Shown here piece by piece: positions 32,941 through 42,755 of a stretch of 64,000 nucleotides of DNA. The position numbers and the translations under genes are program-made. Below the pieces are notes generated by a model. It saw only the letters and a list, made by a program, of their open reading frames with translations, was not told the origin of the DNA and did not search any database. Each line of letters opens with the position of its first letter. Positions within the stretch are counted from its first letter, which is position 1. The stretch is from Clostridia bacterium (GTDB lineage Bacteria > Bacillota > Clostridia > UMGS1883). Where the stretch lies: the NCBI GenBank assembly GCA_045591265.1, contig JAZNSQ010000019.1, positions 16,067 through 80,066 on the forward strand, read 5' to 3'.

Positions 32941-33593
32941 AAAATGCTCACCTCCGTACCAATCGGGATAAGGTTAAAGAGTGTGTCCATATCCTTGTCA
33001 GACAAAATAATACTTCGTCTTGAGCACCTTGCTCTTTCGCCGCAGATTGATATATCGCGCTCGGAAAGGTCAAGCCACTTGCTTCCGCCAACGGGATTAT
33101 CAAGCCTTTTTCTTATTACATAGGAATTAAGCTTTTCAGGCGGATAAAGAGCATCAAAGGAAACCTCGTCCCCGTTATCAAATTTTACGAAAAGCTTTCC
33201 GTCTGTTACAACAATTTGCGCGGGGGACGGGGCAATCGGAATGCATAAAATAAGACCGCGGTAAATGTTTTTTTCGTCTACACCGATATTATGGTAAAGA
33301 ATTTGATTTACGCTTACACCAAAATAGCGAGAGATTGAATAAAGCGTGTCATTTTCCTGTACGACATAGTAATTTGTCGTGCGGCAATATGGATAATACT
33401 GCGCAGTAAGAGGCACGCAAATAGTGCTTCCAATCTGCAGATTATAAACCTCCACCTCGGGATTTAACTCCAACAAACGCTTAACACTTGTTGAAAATTT
33501 TACGGAAATAGAATAAAGCGTGTCGCCCCTTCTTATTTTATAGGGGAAACACCCGGGTTTGCATATTTTATTGTTGCAAGACATAATTTTCAC
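32937..33593 (-). CDS. LysM-domain protein with L,D-transpeptidase-like C-terminal domain (catalytic motif divergent)
   Basis: Two LysM repeats (YKIRRGDTLYSISVKF, YVVQENDTLYSISRYF) and a YkuD-like fold whose catalytic segment reads ICGERARCSRRS rather than the canonical HGC/SxGC. Confidence 0.65.
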   Translation of the reverse strand: MKIMSCNNKICKPGCFPYKIRRGDTLYSISVKFSTSVKRLLELNPEVEVYNLQIGSTICVPLTAQYYPYCRTTNYYVVQENDTLYSISRYFGVSVNQILYHNIGVDEKNIYRGLILCIPIAPSPAQIVVTDGKLFVKFDNGDEVSFDALYPPEKLNSYVIRKRLDNPVGGSKWLDLSERDISICGERARCSRRSIILSDKDMDTLFNLIPIGTEVSIL

Positions 33594-33722
33594 CTCACTT
33601 CATTTGTATTCATAATTATATAAACAGGTGAAAATAGTTCCTCAAATTTTGTCGAAAAGAGGGGTAGTGGCATATTATAAAAAGGGGGCAGTCCCCGAAA
33701 TTTGACGAAAGGCAGGATATAT

Positions 33723-33965
33723 ATGCGAGATTTATTAGATTTTGATATATTCACTGATAAAGATATGTGTCCTTTAAAAAAGGAAGATAACTGTCAGTGC
33801 TTAGAGGATTTACCGCTTGCATATTCATACGTTCCTTATCAGCGCTTTGAAGAGCCGTACTCAAAACAAAAAGCGCTCGAGCGCGGAACGGCATATGCAT
33901 CACTTGACAAGCCATACGGCGTGTATGGAAACGAATTTAAGGTGAGGGGAGTGTATGATTTATGA
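33723..33965 (+). CDS. cotJA: spore coat-associated protein CotJA
   Basis: LPLAYSYVPYQ motif characteristic of CotJA; precedes cotJB/cotJC. The track ORF begins at an upstream TTG; ATG 33723 is preferred. Confidence 0.8.
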   Translation: MRDLLDFDIFTDKDMCPLKKEDNCQCLEDLPLAYSYVPYQRFEEPYSKQKALERGTAYASLDKPYGVYGNEFKVRGVYDL

Positions 33966-34231
33966 TGGAAAAAGAAAATATGTCACGGGCAGAAATGCTT
34001 AAAAAGGTACAGCAGGCAGATTTTCTGGCGTATGACCTCCAGCTTTATCTTAACACTCACCCAAACTGCAAAAGAACACTCAATATGTATACAAACGCAG
34101 TAAAAGAAGCAAAAAAAATAAGGGAAGAATTTGAAAAGGCTTATGGCCCGCTTACGGCAGGGGCTTCATCCTCACTTCCCCCGTGGCAGTGGATAAACAA
34201 TCCGTGGACATGGGAATATGAAAGGAGTTAA
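33962..34231 (+). CDS. cotJB: spore coat protein CotJB
   Basis: LLKKVQQADFLAYDLQLYLNTHPN motif typical of CotJB; overlaps the cotJA stop. Confidence 0.85.
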   Translation: MMEKENMSRAEMLKKVQQADFLAYDLQLYLNTHPNCKRTLNMYTNAVKEAKKIREEFEKAYGPLTAGASSSLPPWQWINNPWTWEYERS

Positions 34232-34236
34232 GATAT

Positions 34237-34821
34237 ATGTGGGTTTATGAAAAAAAGCTTCAGTATCCGGTAAAAATAAAAAATCCTGACCCCAGAATGG
34301 CGCAGGTAATTCTTTCACAATATGGTGGACCTGATGGTGAGCTTGGCGCATCGCTTCGCTACCTCAGTCAACGTTTTTCAATGCCAAACGAAATCTGTAA
34401 AGCAACACTAAATGATATCGGCAGTGAAGAGCTTGGGCACCTTGAAATGATTGGAACGATAGTCTATCAGCTTACAAGAAATTTAACTGAAAAACAGCTT
34501 AAGGAAGCAGGCTTTGACAAGTATTTTGTTGACCACTCGACTGCAATTTACCCTGCTTCTGCAGCAGGTGTGCCCTTTAATGCCTCATATATTCAGTCTA
34601 AAGGTGACGTAATAGCAGACCTCACCGAAGACCTTGCAGCAGAGCAAAAGGCACGTGCAACGTATGATAATATCTTAAAGCTTGCTGATGACCCTGATGT
34701 AATTGACCCGATTAAGTTTCTCCGTCAGCGCGAGGTAGTTCACTTCCAGCGCTTTGGCGAGGCACTTCGCACAGTTCAGGATATGAGTGACAGAAAGTAC
34801 TACCCGACAAAAATGAGATAA
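34237..34821 (+). CDS. cotJC: spore coat protein CotJC (manganese catalase family)
   Basis: Ferritin-like di-metal motifs (ELGHLEMIG, REVVHFQRFGEAL). The 3' ~75 nt is duplicated at 39231-39310. Confidence 0.9.
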   Translation: MWVYEKKLQYPVKIKNPDPRMAQVILSQYGGPDGELGASLRYLSQRFSMPNEICKATLNDIGSEELGHLEMIGTIVYQLTRNLTEKQLKEAGFDKYFVDHSTAIYPASAAGVPFNASYIQSKGDVIADLTEDLAAEQKARATYDNILKLADDPDVIDPIKFLRQREVVHFQRFGEALRTVQDMSDRKYYPTKMR

Positions 34822-34883
34822 ATTATAAGGAAATCTAAAAAAGTCCAGAGCAAAAGACAAATACTGTAATTGATATAAAAATA

Positions 34884-34920
34884 ATAAACCCGTTTATTGA
34901 GCTTCAATAAACGGGTTTAC
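34884..34920. terminator. bidirectional terminator (cotJC / XRE gene)
   Basis: AAACCCGTTTATTGA-GCT-TCAATAAACGGGTTT perfect hairpin. Confidence 0.8.
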
Positions 34921-35123
34921 TTATCTGTGCCTAAAATGTAATCTGCACTAACGTCATAATACTTACAAAGACTAATAAGATGATGTAAGGGCAATTCGTT
35001 TGCACCCCTTTCGTATCGTGCATACATGGTTTGCGATGTTCCCAAAATTTTTGCTATTTCGGCTTGCGTTTTATCATGGTCTTCCCTCAGGTCGCGTATC
35101 ATTTTAACATAATACGAGCTCAT
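34917..35123 (-). CDS. XRE-family helix-turn-helix transcriptional regulator
   Basis: 68 aa; HTH segment QAEIAKILGTSQTMYARYERG; divergent from the giant surface-protein gene. Confidence 0.8.
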   Translation of the reverse strand: MSSYYVKMIRDLREDHDKTQAEIAKILGTSQTMYARYERGANELPLHHLISLCKYYDVSADYILGTDK

Positions 35124-35243
35124 AAAAACACCTCATTACGCGTTATATACATATATTATACCAAGTAAACAAGTTTACTATTGACTTTAGTAAATATTTG
35201 TACTATAATCGCATTACGATAAATCAGGAAAGAGGAAATATAA

Positions 35244-38200
35244 ATGAAGAAATTTTTAAGCTTATTATTAATAACTATAATGTTATTTTCAACATTGATT
35301 AATATACTGCCAAGTACCGCTTTCGCGGAAAGTAGCGGGGCTTACTGGTACTATGGAGATTACTATGAAGGTAGTCCTTACACTATTTACCTATGCGGTA
35401 ATGGGACAATAGATCTCCGCGAGATTGATTGGGAAAGTTACCAATCCATTGTGATAGAGGATGGGGTTACTGTTGTAGGTGAGGCGGGGGTAAATGCCAT
35501 ATACTCATTTAACAGGGGCGTTCTGACAATTAGTGGAACGGGATCGACCTATTTTTTCCACGGACACTGGCAGGATTGGTCACGATGGAGTGATAAAATA
35601 ACAAAATATGTTTTCAACGAGGGCATTACTGAAATTGAAGAAGATACTGTAATAGGAGAAAATGTAACAAGCGTAGTTTTGCCAAGAAGTCTGGCAGTTA
35701 TGGACACAGCCTGGAACGGCGTTTTTAACTTAACACCTAACCTAACCGATGTTTATTATAGAGGAACGGAAGAAGAATGGAATAACGTAAAAATGGGAGC
35801 GGGCAGTGCACATATTGAAGGAGTGACAATGCATTATAATTATGGTTCAACAAACACAACTAACTCTACCTCTGATATGAAATCATATGCGCAAGAAGCG
35901 GGAATATCATATGGCGACTATTATTATAATATTTTTACACAATATGCCACAATAGCAAAGGACGATTCTACAGAAATGATGTTTTCCGCGAATGTTATTA
36001 CTAATGGTGAAAGTCATAGCAATTTAAAAATGTATCTTACTCAAGGTCCAGACAAGATGTTGCCTGTTGATACCTGGGCTAAGACCCCTATAAAACCAGG
36101 GGAATTTTTTGAAGCAGATAGAAAAATCTATTTGCTTTTACAAAATACCGCTACAGGTCAATCATCCTCAAAACTCACAAAATTAAAGGTTGTTTCTGAA
36201 AATATTAAAAATGACGTTATATGGGAACAAGATGATGTTGACGAGAAATTTTCTTTCAAATTGGGAAATATGATAAGCTTTACTATACCAGATACAGTGC
36301 CTGTGTTTGGTGGAGCTGAGGTTGGAATGGATTTGGACTTTATTCCCATATCTGTTGAATATGCACATCCTGATAAACTAAATATAGTTTTTGGCACTGA
36401 AATAGCGAGTCAAAAAGGTGAAAAAGACAGGGTGTGGGGTGATGTGAAATACTTTAAAGATTTCTCTTTCGAAAATTATAAAAAGGATTTTAAAAAAGCC
36501 ATTTCTAAGAGTAATCGTTCAATAAAGCAGCTTAGAAATGATTATAAAATGACAAATAAAGTTCCGTTGAAAAGTTTTAAAAATATAAGCGGAAATGTTG
36601 ATGTTGCTGGTTATGCAGAAATGAAATACATAAATGGCCAATGGCGATTTGTTGAAGGTATGCTTGGTCTTGATGCAGAAATCGGCTACAAATATCAGGG
36701 CAATAATGTTATTTATTTTATTCCCATCACATACAGTATAGGTGGAAACGTTGGTGCAGGTATTGATGGTGTTATGAAAAATCTTAGTGCGGATACATTT
36801 ACACCACAATTTGAGGGTTATTTAAATGGTAGAATATCTGCTACTATTGGTGGGGGTATAGGTGCAAGCTTTGCTAAACTTGTATATGCCGATGGCACAG
36901 GAACTCTTAATGTAAGAAAGTCGCTTAATGACGAATACTTAAAAAGTTGGGTAGATGCTCACGCTGACTTTGTTGTATGTGAGGTAGGTTTCTTTGCCCT
37001 CTTAAGAAAGACTTTTGCGCAAGGAGAGTGGTTAATATACGAAACGGGTAATCCTGATGGTCTTATACCATATAATACTATGTCTTTAATGAGTATTAAT
37101 GATATTTATTCAAATTATGATAAAGATACGGTTTACGAATTTACTCCACGAAACGAAGAAGAGACTACCTGGCTTGGCGATTCAGCACCAATTTCATTAT
37201 TCGAAGCTGAATATACAGGGCAAGATGCAAAACTTTTAAGTGAAAATGTCTATTATAGTGCAGAACCACAAATAGATTTTATTAATGGAAAAAAGGTTAT
37301 GGTATGGGTGTCTGATAACAAAGATAGAGATATCTATAATAAAACCATGCTTGTATATTCCATATATGACGAATCAAGCGATACATGGTCTGCACCCTTG
37401 GCTGTAAGTGATGATGGAACCTCAGATACATATCCTAATTTTAATAATGGATATGTTGTATGGCAAAACAATAACTCTATGATGGACGAAAACACTACTA
37501 TTTCAGGATACGCTAAAGACTGTGATATTTGTATTGCAAAATTTAATGGAACAGGCTTTGATGAAGCTATAAAAGTAACAGATAATCAGATAATGGATTC
37601 AATGCCTATGGTCTTTGCTGATGAAAATGGTGTTAATGTGGTGTGGATTACCAATACCGAAAATGATATATTGGGGACAACTGGAAAAAATAGTATTTAT
37701 TTTAAGAAACTTGGTGAGACAGAACAAATTATAGAAGATAATCTTAATGCTATTACAAGTTTATCTTTAGGAAATATTAATAATGAAGTAAGCATTGCAT
37801 ATTCATTTGATGAAGATAATGATTTGGCTACAATTGATGACAGAGATATTTATGTGTATAGTGATGGAAACACAATAAACTTAAATAATGATGACATTAT
37901 TAATTCAAATCCTTTGTTCTCTGGGAATAAGTTGTATTGGTATAGCGATAATAATATAGAATACACTTCGGACTTGAGTACGGTAAACCAAATGTTTAAC
38001 TCTACAGGCATCTCTACTGACCAATTTAATGTGTATACAAATAATAATGGTAAAAGTGCTGTTTTTTGGACAGAATCAGATGAAACGGCTACTGAGGTCT
38101 ATGTATCATTATTTGAAAATAATAAATGGAGCAATCCGATAAAATTAACTGATTTAAATATTAAAATAAAATCTCCTCATGGTATTTTAGATGGAAATGG

Positions 38201-39230
38201 AAATATAGCAGTTTCATTTACTGATATTGCAGTAGATGGTGAAAATATTATTGCAAACTTGTACGTGCTTGATGCAATTCCATCTTATGATATATCAGTT
38301 GCAAATGTGGAATTTAATGAAAACAACTTAGTTGAAAATTCGGATTTTCCAATTTCTGTTGACGTCGTAAATGATGGGGAAAAAGATATAAATGAATATC
38401 AAATAACTATTTCTGACGGACATGGAGTAAATAATACATATACTTTTAGTGATAAACTAAAGGCTGGTACTGCAGTAACACAAACCATACAATACAGTGT
38501 TCCAACTACAATGAGCAAACAAACAATAAGCATAAGTGTTACAATAACTGATGGTGAAGAATTTGATGTTTCAAATAATAGTTGTGATTTGATTTTGGGT
38601 AATGAAAGAATATCCCTTTCTAAAATTGAATTACATGAAGCGGGAGAAAGGTATCAAATAATATCTGAAATTATAAATGAAGGCTTTGCAGACTCTCCTG
38701 ATATTACTGTTAATTTAAGAAAAGACTCCGTAGATGGAACTATCATACACAAAAGATATATTTCTTCCTTATCTTCACAAGGCAGTAGCGAAATTGTTTT
38801 TGATGAGCCAATAGCTGGTATAGAATACGAGGATGGAATAAAGAAACTCTATGTAACTGTTGAATGTAATGATTCAGTAGAGGACTCTGAATATGTTTTA
38901 TTACAAGAAATGCAGGCAGATAAAGAATTTGAGCAAATGATTGTCTTAACCAACTATAATTCTGATACTAAAATTCTTAACAGTAATGCTATCGTAACGA
39001 ATAATACTGATACAAAACAAGATTTTGTAATGATTTTCGCTGTGTATGACGGGGATAGATTGCTCGGCATAGATTATAGTGACGGCAGTGTTTTGCCATA
39101 TAATGAAACATCTGTAGATGGATTTGTTAGTTTAAGTGATTATAAAACTCAATATACAGTACGTTCGTTTTTGTGGCAGGATTTAGAAAAAATTATGCCA
39201 CTATGTGAAAAAGATGAATATTTACAATAA
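35244..39230 (+). CDS. large secreted cell-surface protein (signal peptide, BspA-type LRR-like N-terminal module, CARDB-like repeats)
   Basis: Signal peptide MKKFLSLLLITIMLFSTLINILPSTAFA. The LRR_5/BspA-like block ends in YYRGTEEEWNNVKM. C-terminal Ig-like CARDB-type segments read ISVDVVNDGEKDINEYQITISDG. There is no LPxTG. The gene looks more AT-rich than its flanks by eye. Confidence 0.75.
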   Translation: MKKFLSLLLITIMLFSTLINILPSTAFAESSGAYWYYGDYYEGSPYTIYLCGNGTIDLREIDWESYQSIVIEDGVTVVGEAGVNAIYSFNRGVLTISGTGSTYFFHGHWQDWSRWSDKITKYVFNEGITEIEEDTVIGENVTSVVLPRSLAVMDTAWNGVFNLTPNLTDVYYRGTEEEWNNVKMGAGSAHIEGVTMHYNYGSTNTTNSTSDMKSYAQEAGISYGDYYYNIFTQYATIAKDDSTEMMFSANVITNGESHSNLKMYLTQGPDKMLPVDTWAKTPIKPGEFFEADRKIYLLLQNTATGQSSSKLTKLKVVSENIKNDVIWEQDDVDEKFSFKLGNMISFTIPDTVPVFGGAEVGMDLDFIPISVEYAHPDKLNIVFGTEIASQKGEKDRVWGDVKYFKDFSFENYKKDFKKAISKSNRSIKQLRNDYKMTNKVPLKSFKNISGNVDVAGYAEMKYINGQWRFVEGMLGLDAEIGYKYQGNNVIYFIPITYSIGGNVGAGIDGVMKNLSADTFTPQFEGYLNGRISATIGGGIGASFAKLVYADGTGTLNVRKSLNDEYLKSWVDAHADFVVCEVGFFALLRKTFAQGEWLIYETGNPDGLIPYNTMSLMSINDIYSNYDKDTVYEFTPRNEEETTWLGDSAPISLFEAEYTGQDAKLLSENVYYSAEPQIDFINGKKVMVWVSDNKDRDIYNKTMLVYSIYDESSDTWSAPLAVSDDGTSDTYPNFNNGYVVWQNNNSMMDENTTISGYAKDCDICIAKFNGTGFDEAIKVTDNQIMDSMPMVFADENGVNVVWITNTENDILGTTGKNSIYFKKLGETEQIIEDNLNAITSLSLGNINNEVSIAYSFDEDNDLATIDDRDIYVYSDGNTINLNNDDIINSNPLFSGNKLYWYSDNNIEYTSDLSTVNQMFNSTGISTDQFNVYTNNNGKSAVFWTESDETATEVYVSLFENNKWSNPIKLTDLNIKIKSPHGILDGNGNIAVSFTDIAVDGENIIANLYVLDAIPSYDISVANVEFNENNLVENSDFPISVDVVNDGEKDINEYQITISDGHGVNNTYTFSDKLKAGTAVTQTIQYSVPTTMSKQTISISVTITDGEEFDVSNNSCDLILGNERISLSKIELHEAGERYQIISEIINEGFADSPDITVNLRKDSVDGTIIHKRYISSLSSQGSSEIVFDEPIAGIEYEDGIKKLYVTVECNDSVEDSEYVLLQEMQADKEFEQMIVLTNYNSDTKILNSNAIVTNNTDTKQDFVMIFAVYDGDRLLGIDYSDGSVLPYNETSVDGFVSLSDYKTQYTVRSFLWQDLEKIMPLCEKDEYLQ

Positions 39231-39310
39231 GAAACAGCGCTTCGGTGAGGCACTTCGCACTGTTCAGGATATGGCAGACAGAAAGTACTACCCAACAAAA
39301 ATGAGATAAA
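39231..39310 (+). repeat. displaced duplicate of the cotJC 3' end (encodes ...QRFGEALRTVQDMADRKYYPTKMR-stop)
   Basis: About 68/75 nt identical to 34747-34821, starting immediately after the stop of the giant gene; followed by a terminator. Confidence 0.85.
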
Positions 39311-39344
39311 AAAAAGGGATGCAAATTGCATCCCTTTTTTATTT
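39309..39344. terminator. bidirectional terminator (ancestral cotJC terminator / GH3 gene)
   Basis: AAAAAAGGGATGCAA-TT-GCATCCCTTTTTT perfect hairpin. Confidence 0.8.
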
Positions 39345-41053
39345 TAGCAATAAACTTGTCTGAGCTTTGGTGTGGTATCAACAGGTGATTTTCCTACAAT
39401 CGGAATTTCGCCGTAAACTGCTTTTACAAAAGCTTTTTGCGCTTCTTCGCTTGGGTTATAAATGTTAAAGTATGTATTTGCACCGGGCATGACGTCATGA
39501 CCAATGTAAGGATAACCTAAAGATACACCGATAGATTTATCCGTCGCCTTACTAAAGGTGAACATAAACGGAAGAAGCTTATCCCCCGCGAAGTGTGGCA
39601 TACCTGACGGACGATGTCCTGCAAGGTGTGCCGCATGGATAATAAGGTCACATTCATTTACGAATTTATTGTAGATAGCAAGCATATCAAAATAATCAGT
39701 ACCATTTTCGGCAAAGTTATTTGTAAGTATAACCTCTGCACCGCGCTTTTCAAATTCCGCCTTCATAACCTTAAGAGATTCAAAGAAGTCATCAGAATAT
39801 GAAGAGAATGAAATAGCAACCTTCTTAATATTTTCTTTCTTAACAGGAACAATATTTGAAGTATTTCTTAGCATTGTAACTGATTTTTCGGAAAGCTGTC
39901 TGTTAATTTCTGCGGTTTCCTTTGCAAGCTCCTCAATTTCTATATCTTCGTCATAGAAAGAACCATCAAAAAGACCCATTTTTTCTTTAAGGTCAAGCAC
40001 TCTCTGGCATGAGTCATCAATTCTTGACATAGGAATTCTGCCGTCCTTAACAGCATTGCAGAGAGTATCTAGAGCGTTTAAGTCAGCTGCTAAAAGAAGG
40101 TCATTACCAGCATTTATCATACGGATAAGCTTTTCTTCTTCAGAACACATTGTTGAAAGTGCACCCATAGTAATAGCATCAGTAACAATAACACCTTCAA
40201 AACCAAGCTCTTCACGAAGAAGACCAGTGATAATCTTCTTTGAAAGTGTGGCAGGTACGTACTGACCGTTAAGCTTTTCATCATCAACTGCGGGGAAGGA
40301 AGTATGACCAACCATTACTGTCCATACACCATTATCAATTGCATGCTTAAAGGTTTTTGCCTGAGTTTCTTTCCATTCTTCATAGCTATAAAGCATTGAT
40401 GTAGAAACATAGTGGCTGTCGCGGAATTCATAGGGGTCACATCCCGGGAAGTGCTTTGCACAAGCGGGGATATGCGCTGACTGCATACCCTTGATTGCTG
40501 CAACAGAGTGCTTTTTGATTAATTCTATATCATCATCAGAAAATGATCTTCCCTGGCTTATACCATTAAATCTGTTACACAAGTCAACAACGGGTCCCCA
40601 GCGCCATGTTGCACCGCCGGATTTTATTTCGCGGGCAATATTTCTTGAAATCTTGAATGTAAGGTCTTCATCATCAGCCGCACCGATAGCATAGCCTGAT
40701 GCAGTTTTTGTAGCATCACAAAAAGTATATCCTGCGCCATTTTCGCAGTCCACACCTACAAGCATGGGTATACGCGCCTTTTTACCAACTCTGTCTAAAA
40801 AGTCCTTACTCTCTCTTGTGGTAAGGGGGTTAAGTCCGCCTATTTCTGCCATGTTAGCTGTTTGCATTCTTATTCTGCCACAGTACCACATACCCGAAAA
40901 CTGCTGTTTTTCCATAATTTCGTCCATTTCTTCGTAAGTGCGGGCAACCTGTTTTCCATCAACTTCTTTATCAAAGAAGTCAAGCTGATTTACCAAAAGA
41001 AGCTGGGAGACTTTTTCTTCCAAAGTAAGCTCATTTAAAGCCGGTTTTTTCAT
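39344..41053 (-). CDS. glycoside hydrolase family 3 (NagZ-like beta-N-acetylhexosaminidase / beta-glucosidase)
   Basis: GH3 N-terminal domain pattern (GVDCENGAGY, KHFPG, GHTSF). Start at MKKPAL, preceded by GGAGGTATAT. Confidence 0.75.
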   Translation of the reverse strand: MKKPALNELTLEEKVSQLLLVNQLDFFDKEVDGKQVARTYEEMDEIMEKQQFSGMWYCGRIRMQTANMAEIGGLNPLTTRESKDFLDRVGKKARIPMLVGVDCENGAGYTFCDATKTASGYAIGAADDEDLTFKISRNIAREIKSGGATWRWGPVVDLCNRFNGISQGRSFSDDDIELIKKHSVAAIKGMQSAHIPACAKHFPGCDPYEFRDSHYVSTSMLYSYEEWKETQAKTFKHAIDNGVWTVMVGHTSFPAVDDEKLNGQYVPATLSKKIITGLLREELGFEGVIVTDAITMGALSTMCSEEEKLIRMINAGNDLLLAADLNALDTLCNAVKDGRIPMSRIDDSCQRVLDLKEKMGLFDGSFYDEDIEIEELAKETAEINRQLSEKSVTMLRNTSNIVPVKKENIKKVAISFSSYSDDFFESLKVMKAEFEKRGAEVILTNNFAENGTDYFDMLAIYNKFVNECDLIIHAAHLAGHRPSGMPHFAGDKLLPFMFTFSKATDKSIGVSLGYPYIGHDVMPGANTYFNIYNPSEEAQKAFVKAVYGEIPIVGKSPVDTTPKLRQVYC

Positions 41054-41194
41054 AAAATATACCTCCAAATCAGTATTCAGGTTCATTATAGCATTACCAA
41101 ATTAAAAGTCAATACAATTTTGTAATTTTTCTGGCTAAATTGACAAAAATCATTTTAGCATATATAATGCTTTTTATAGAAATGGAGATAGATT

Positions 41195-42748
41195 ATGAGT
41201 ATACTTAATGCAGAAAATATAACACACGGATTTGGAGGAAGGCAGATACTTGAGGATGCAAGCTTTCGCCTTTTAAAAGGGGAACATATTGGTCTTATCG
41301 GTGCAAACGGTGAGGGTAAGTCTTCTTTTTTAAAAATTATTACAGGTGAAATTCAGCCTGACCAGGGAACAGTTGAGTGGTGCAGGCATATTACGTATGG
41401 ATACCTTGACCAGTATTCTTCTCTCGGCAAGGGTAAAACCATTATGGATGTTCTTCGTGATGCGTTTTCTAATCTTAATAGGCTGGAAAAGGAAATGCTT
41501 TCTTTATACGAAAAAATGGCAGACGCCACGGAAGAAGAGCTTCCTCTTATGATGGAAGAGGTGGGGGAGATTCAGGAGGTGTTAGAGTCTTCCGGCTACT
41601 ACACGATTGATGCCAAAATTTCAGAATATGCAAATGGACTCGGCCTTGGCGATATCGGACTTGACCGCGATGTTTCAGAACTTAGCGGCGGGCAAAGGGC
41701 GAAGGTGCTGCTTGCAAAGGTGCTTCTTGAAAATCCGATGATACTTATTTTGGACGAGCCGACAAACTTCCTTGACGAAAACCACATAAACTGGCTTACG
41801 GAGTTTCTTTTAAATTACGAAAACGCGTTTATACTTGTATCGCACGACATCCCTTTTCTTACAAAGGTAACAAATGTAATATATCATCTTGAAAACTGCG
41901 TTCTCACAAGATACAAAGGCACTTATGAAGACTTTTTGAGAATGTATGATATAAAGAAGCAACAAATTGAGCAAGCTTATAAAAAGCAACAAAAAAAGAT
42001 TGCCGACTTAGAAGAATTTGTTGAAAGAAATAAGGCAAGGGCGGCAACTGCAACGCTTGCGCGTTCAAGACAAAAGGAGCTTGATAAGATAGACAGAATA
42101 AGTCTTATGCAAGAAAAGGTTAAGCCCACATTTAATTTCCAGACGGACAGAGCGCCCGGAAGAGTAGTAATCTCTGCGGAAAATTTAGTTATAGGCTACG
42201 ATAGTCCGCTTACCAAAAAGATTGATATTAAGATTGAACGCAACAAAAAGATAGCCATTAAAGGAGTAAACGGTCTTGGAAAATCAACGCTTCTTAAAAC
42301 CCTTCTTAAATTAATCCCGCCCATTGAAGGCGAAATCGAGCATGACCAGTTTATAAATATAGGTTATTTTGAACAAGAGGAAATAACAAGCGACAAAACG
42401 GCGCTTCAGGAAATGTGGGACGAATTCCCGTCATACACCAATGCGCAGGTAAGGGCAGCACTTGCAAAATGCGGACTCACCACCGAGCATATCACAAGTC
42501 AGATGAAGGTGCTTTCAGGCGGAGAAAATGCAAAGGTAAGGCTGTGTAAAATAATGCAAAATCCGTCAAACATTTTAGTTCTTGACGAGCCGACAAATCA
42601 CCTCGATATTGATGCAAAGGAAGAGCTTATGCGCGCAATAAAGGAATACAAGGGCACTGTCCTTTTAGTAAGCCATGAGCCTGAATTTTACACTGCCGTT
42701 GCAGACGAGGTTTGGGACGTGTCTGACTGGAGCACAAAAATAGTGTGA
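41195..42748 (+). CDS. ABC-F family ATPase (tandem ABC domains, no TMD)
   Basis: Two Walker A motifs (GANGEGKSS, GVNGLGKST), two signatures (LSGGQRAKV, LSGGENAKV) and a charged linker between the domains. Confidence 0.85.
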   Translation: MSILNAENITHGFGGRQILEDASFRLLKGEHIGLIGANGEGKSSFLKIITGEIQPDQGTVEWCRHITYGYLDQYSSLGKGKTIMDVLRDAFSNLNRLEKEMLSLYEKMADATEEELPLMMEEVGEIQEVLESSGYYTIDAKISEYANGLGLGDIGLDRDVSELSGGQRAKVLLAKVLLENPMILILDEPTNFLDENHINWLTEFLLNYENAFILVSHDIPFLTKVTNVIYHLENCVLTRYKGTYEDFLRMYDIKKQQIEQAYKKQQKKIADLEEFVERNKARAATATLARSRQKELDKIDRISLMQEKVKPTFNFQTDRAPGRVVISAENLVIGYDSPLTKKIDIKIERNKKIAIKGVNGLGKSTLLKTLLKLIPPIEGEIEHDQFINIGYFEQEEITSDKTALQEMWDEFPSYTNAQVRAALAKCGLTTEHITSQMKVLSGGENAKVRLCKIMQNPSNILVLDEPTNHLDIDAKEELMRAIKEYKGTVLLVSHEPEFYTAVADEVWDVSDWSTKIV

Positions 42749-42755
42749 GGGAAAA

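Noticed and set aside
33594-33722. Sigma-E-type promoter upstream of cotJA
   Set aside because: It is expected biologically, but I could not find a convincing -35 ATATT / -10 CATACA-T pair with correct spacing by eye, so I left it uncalled.
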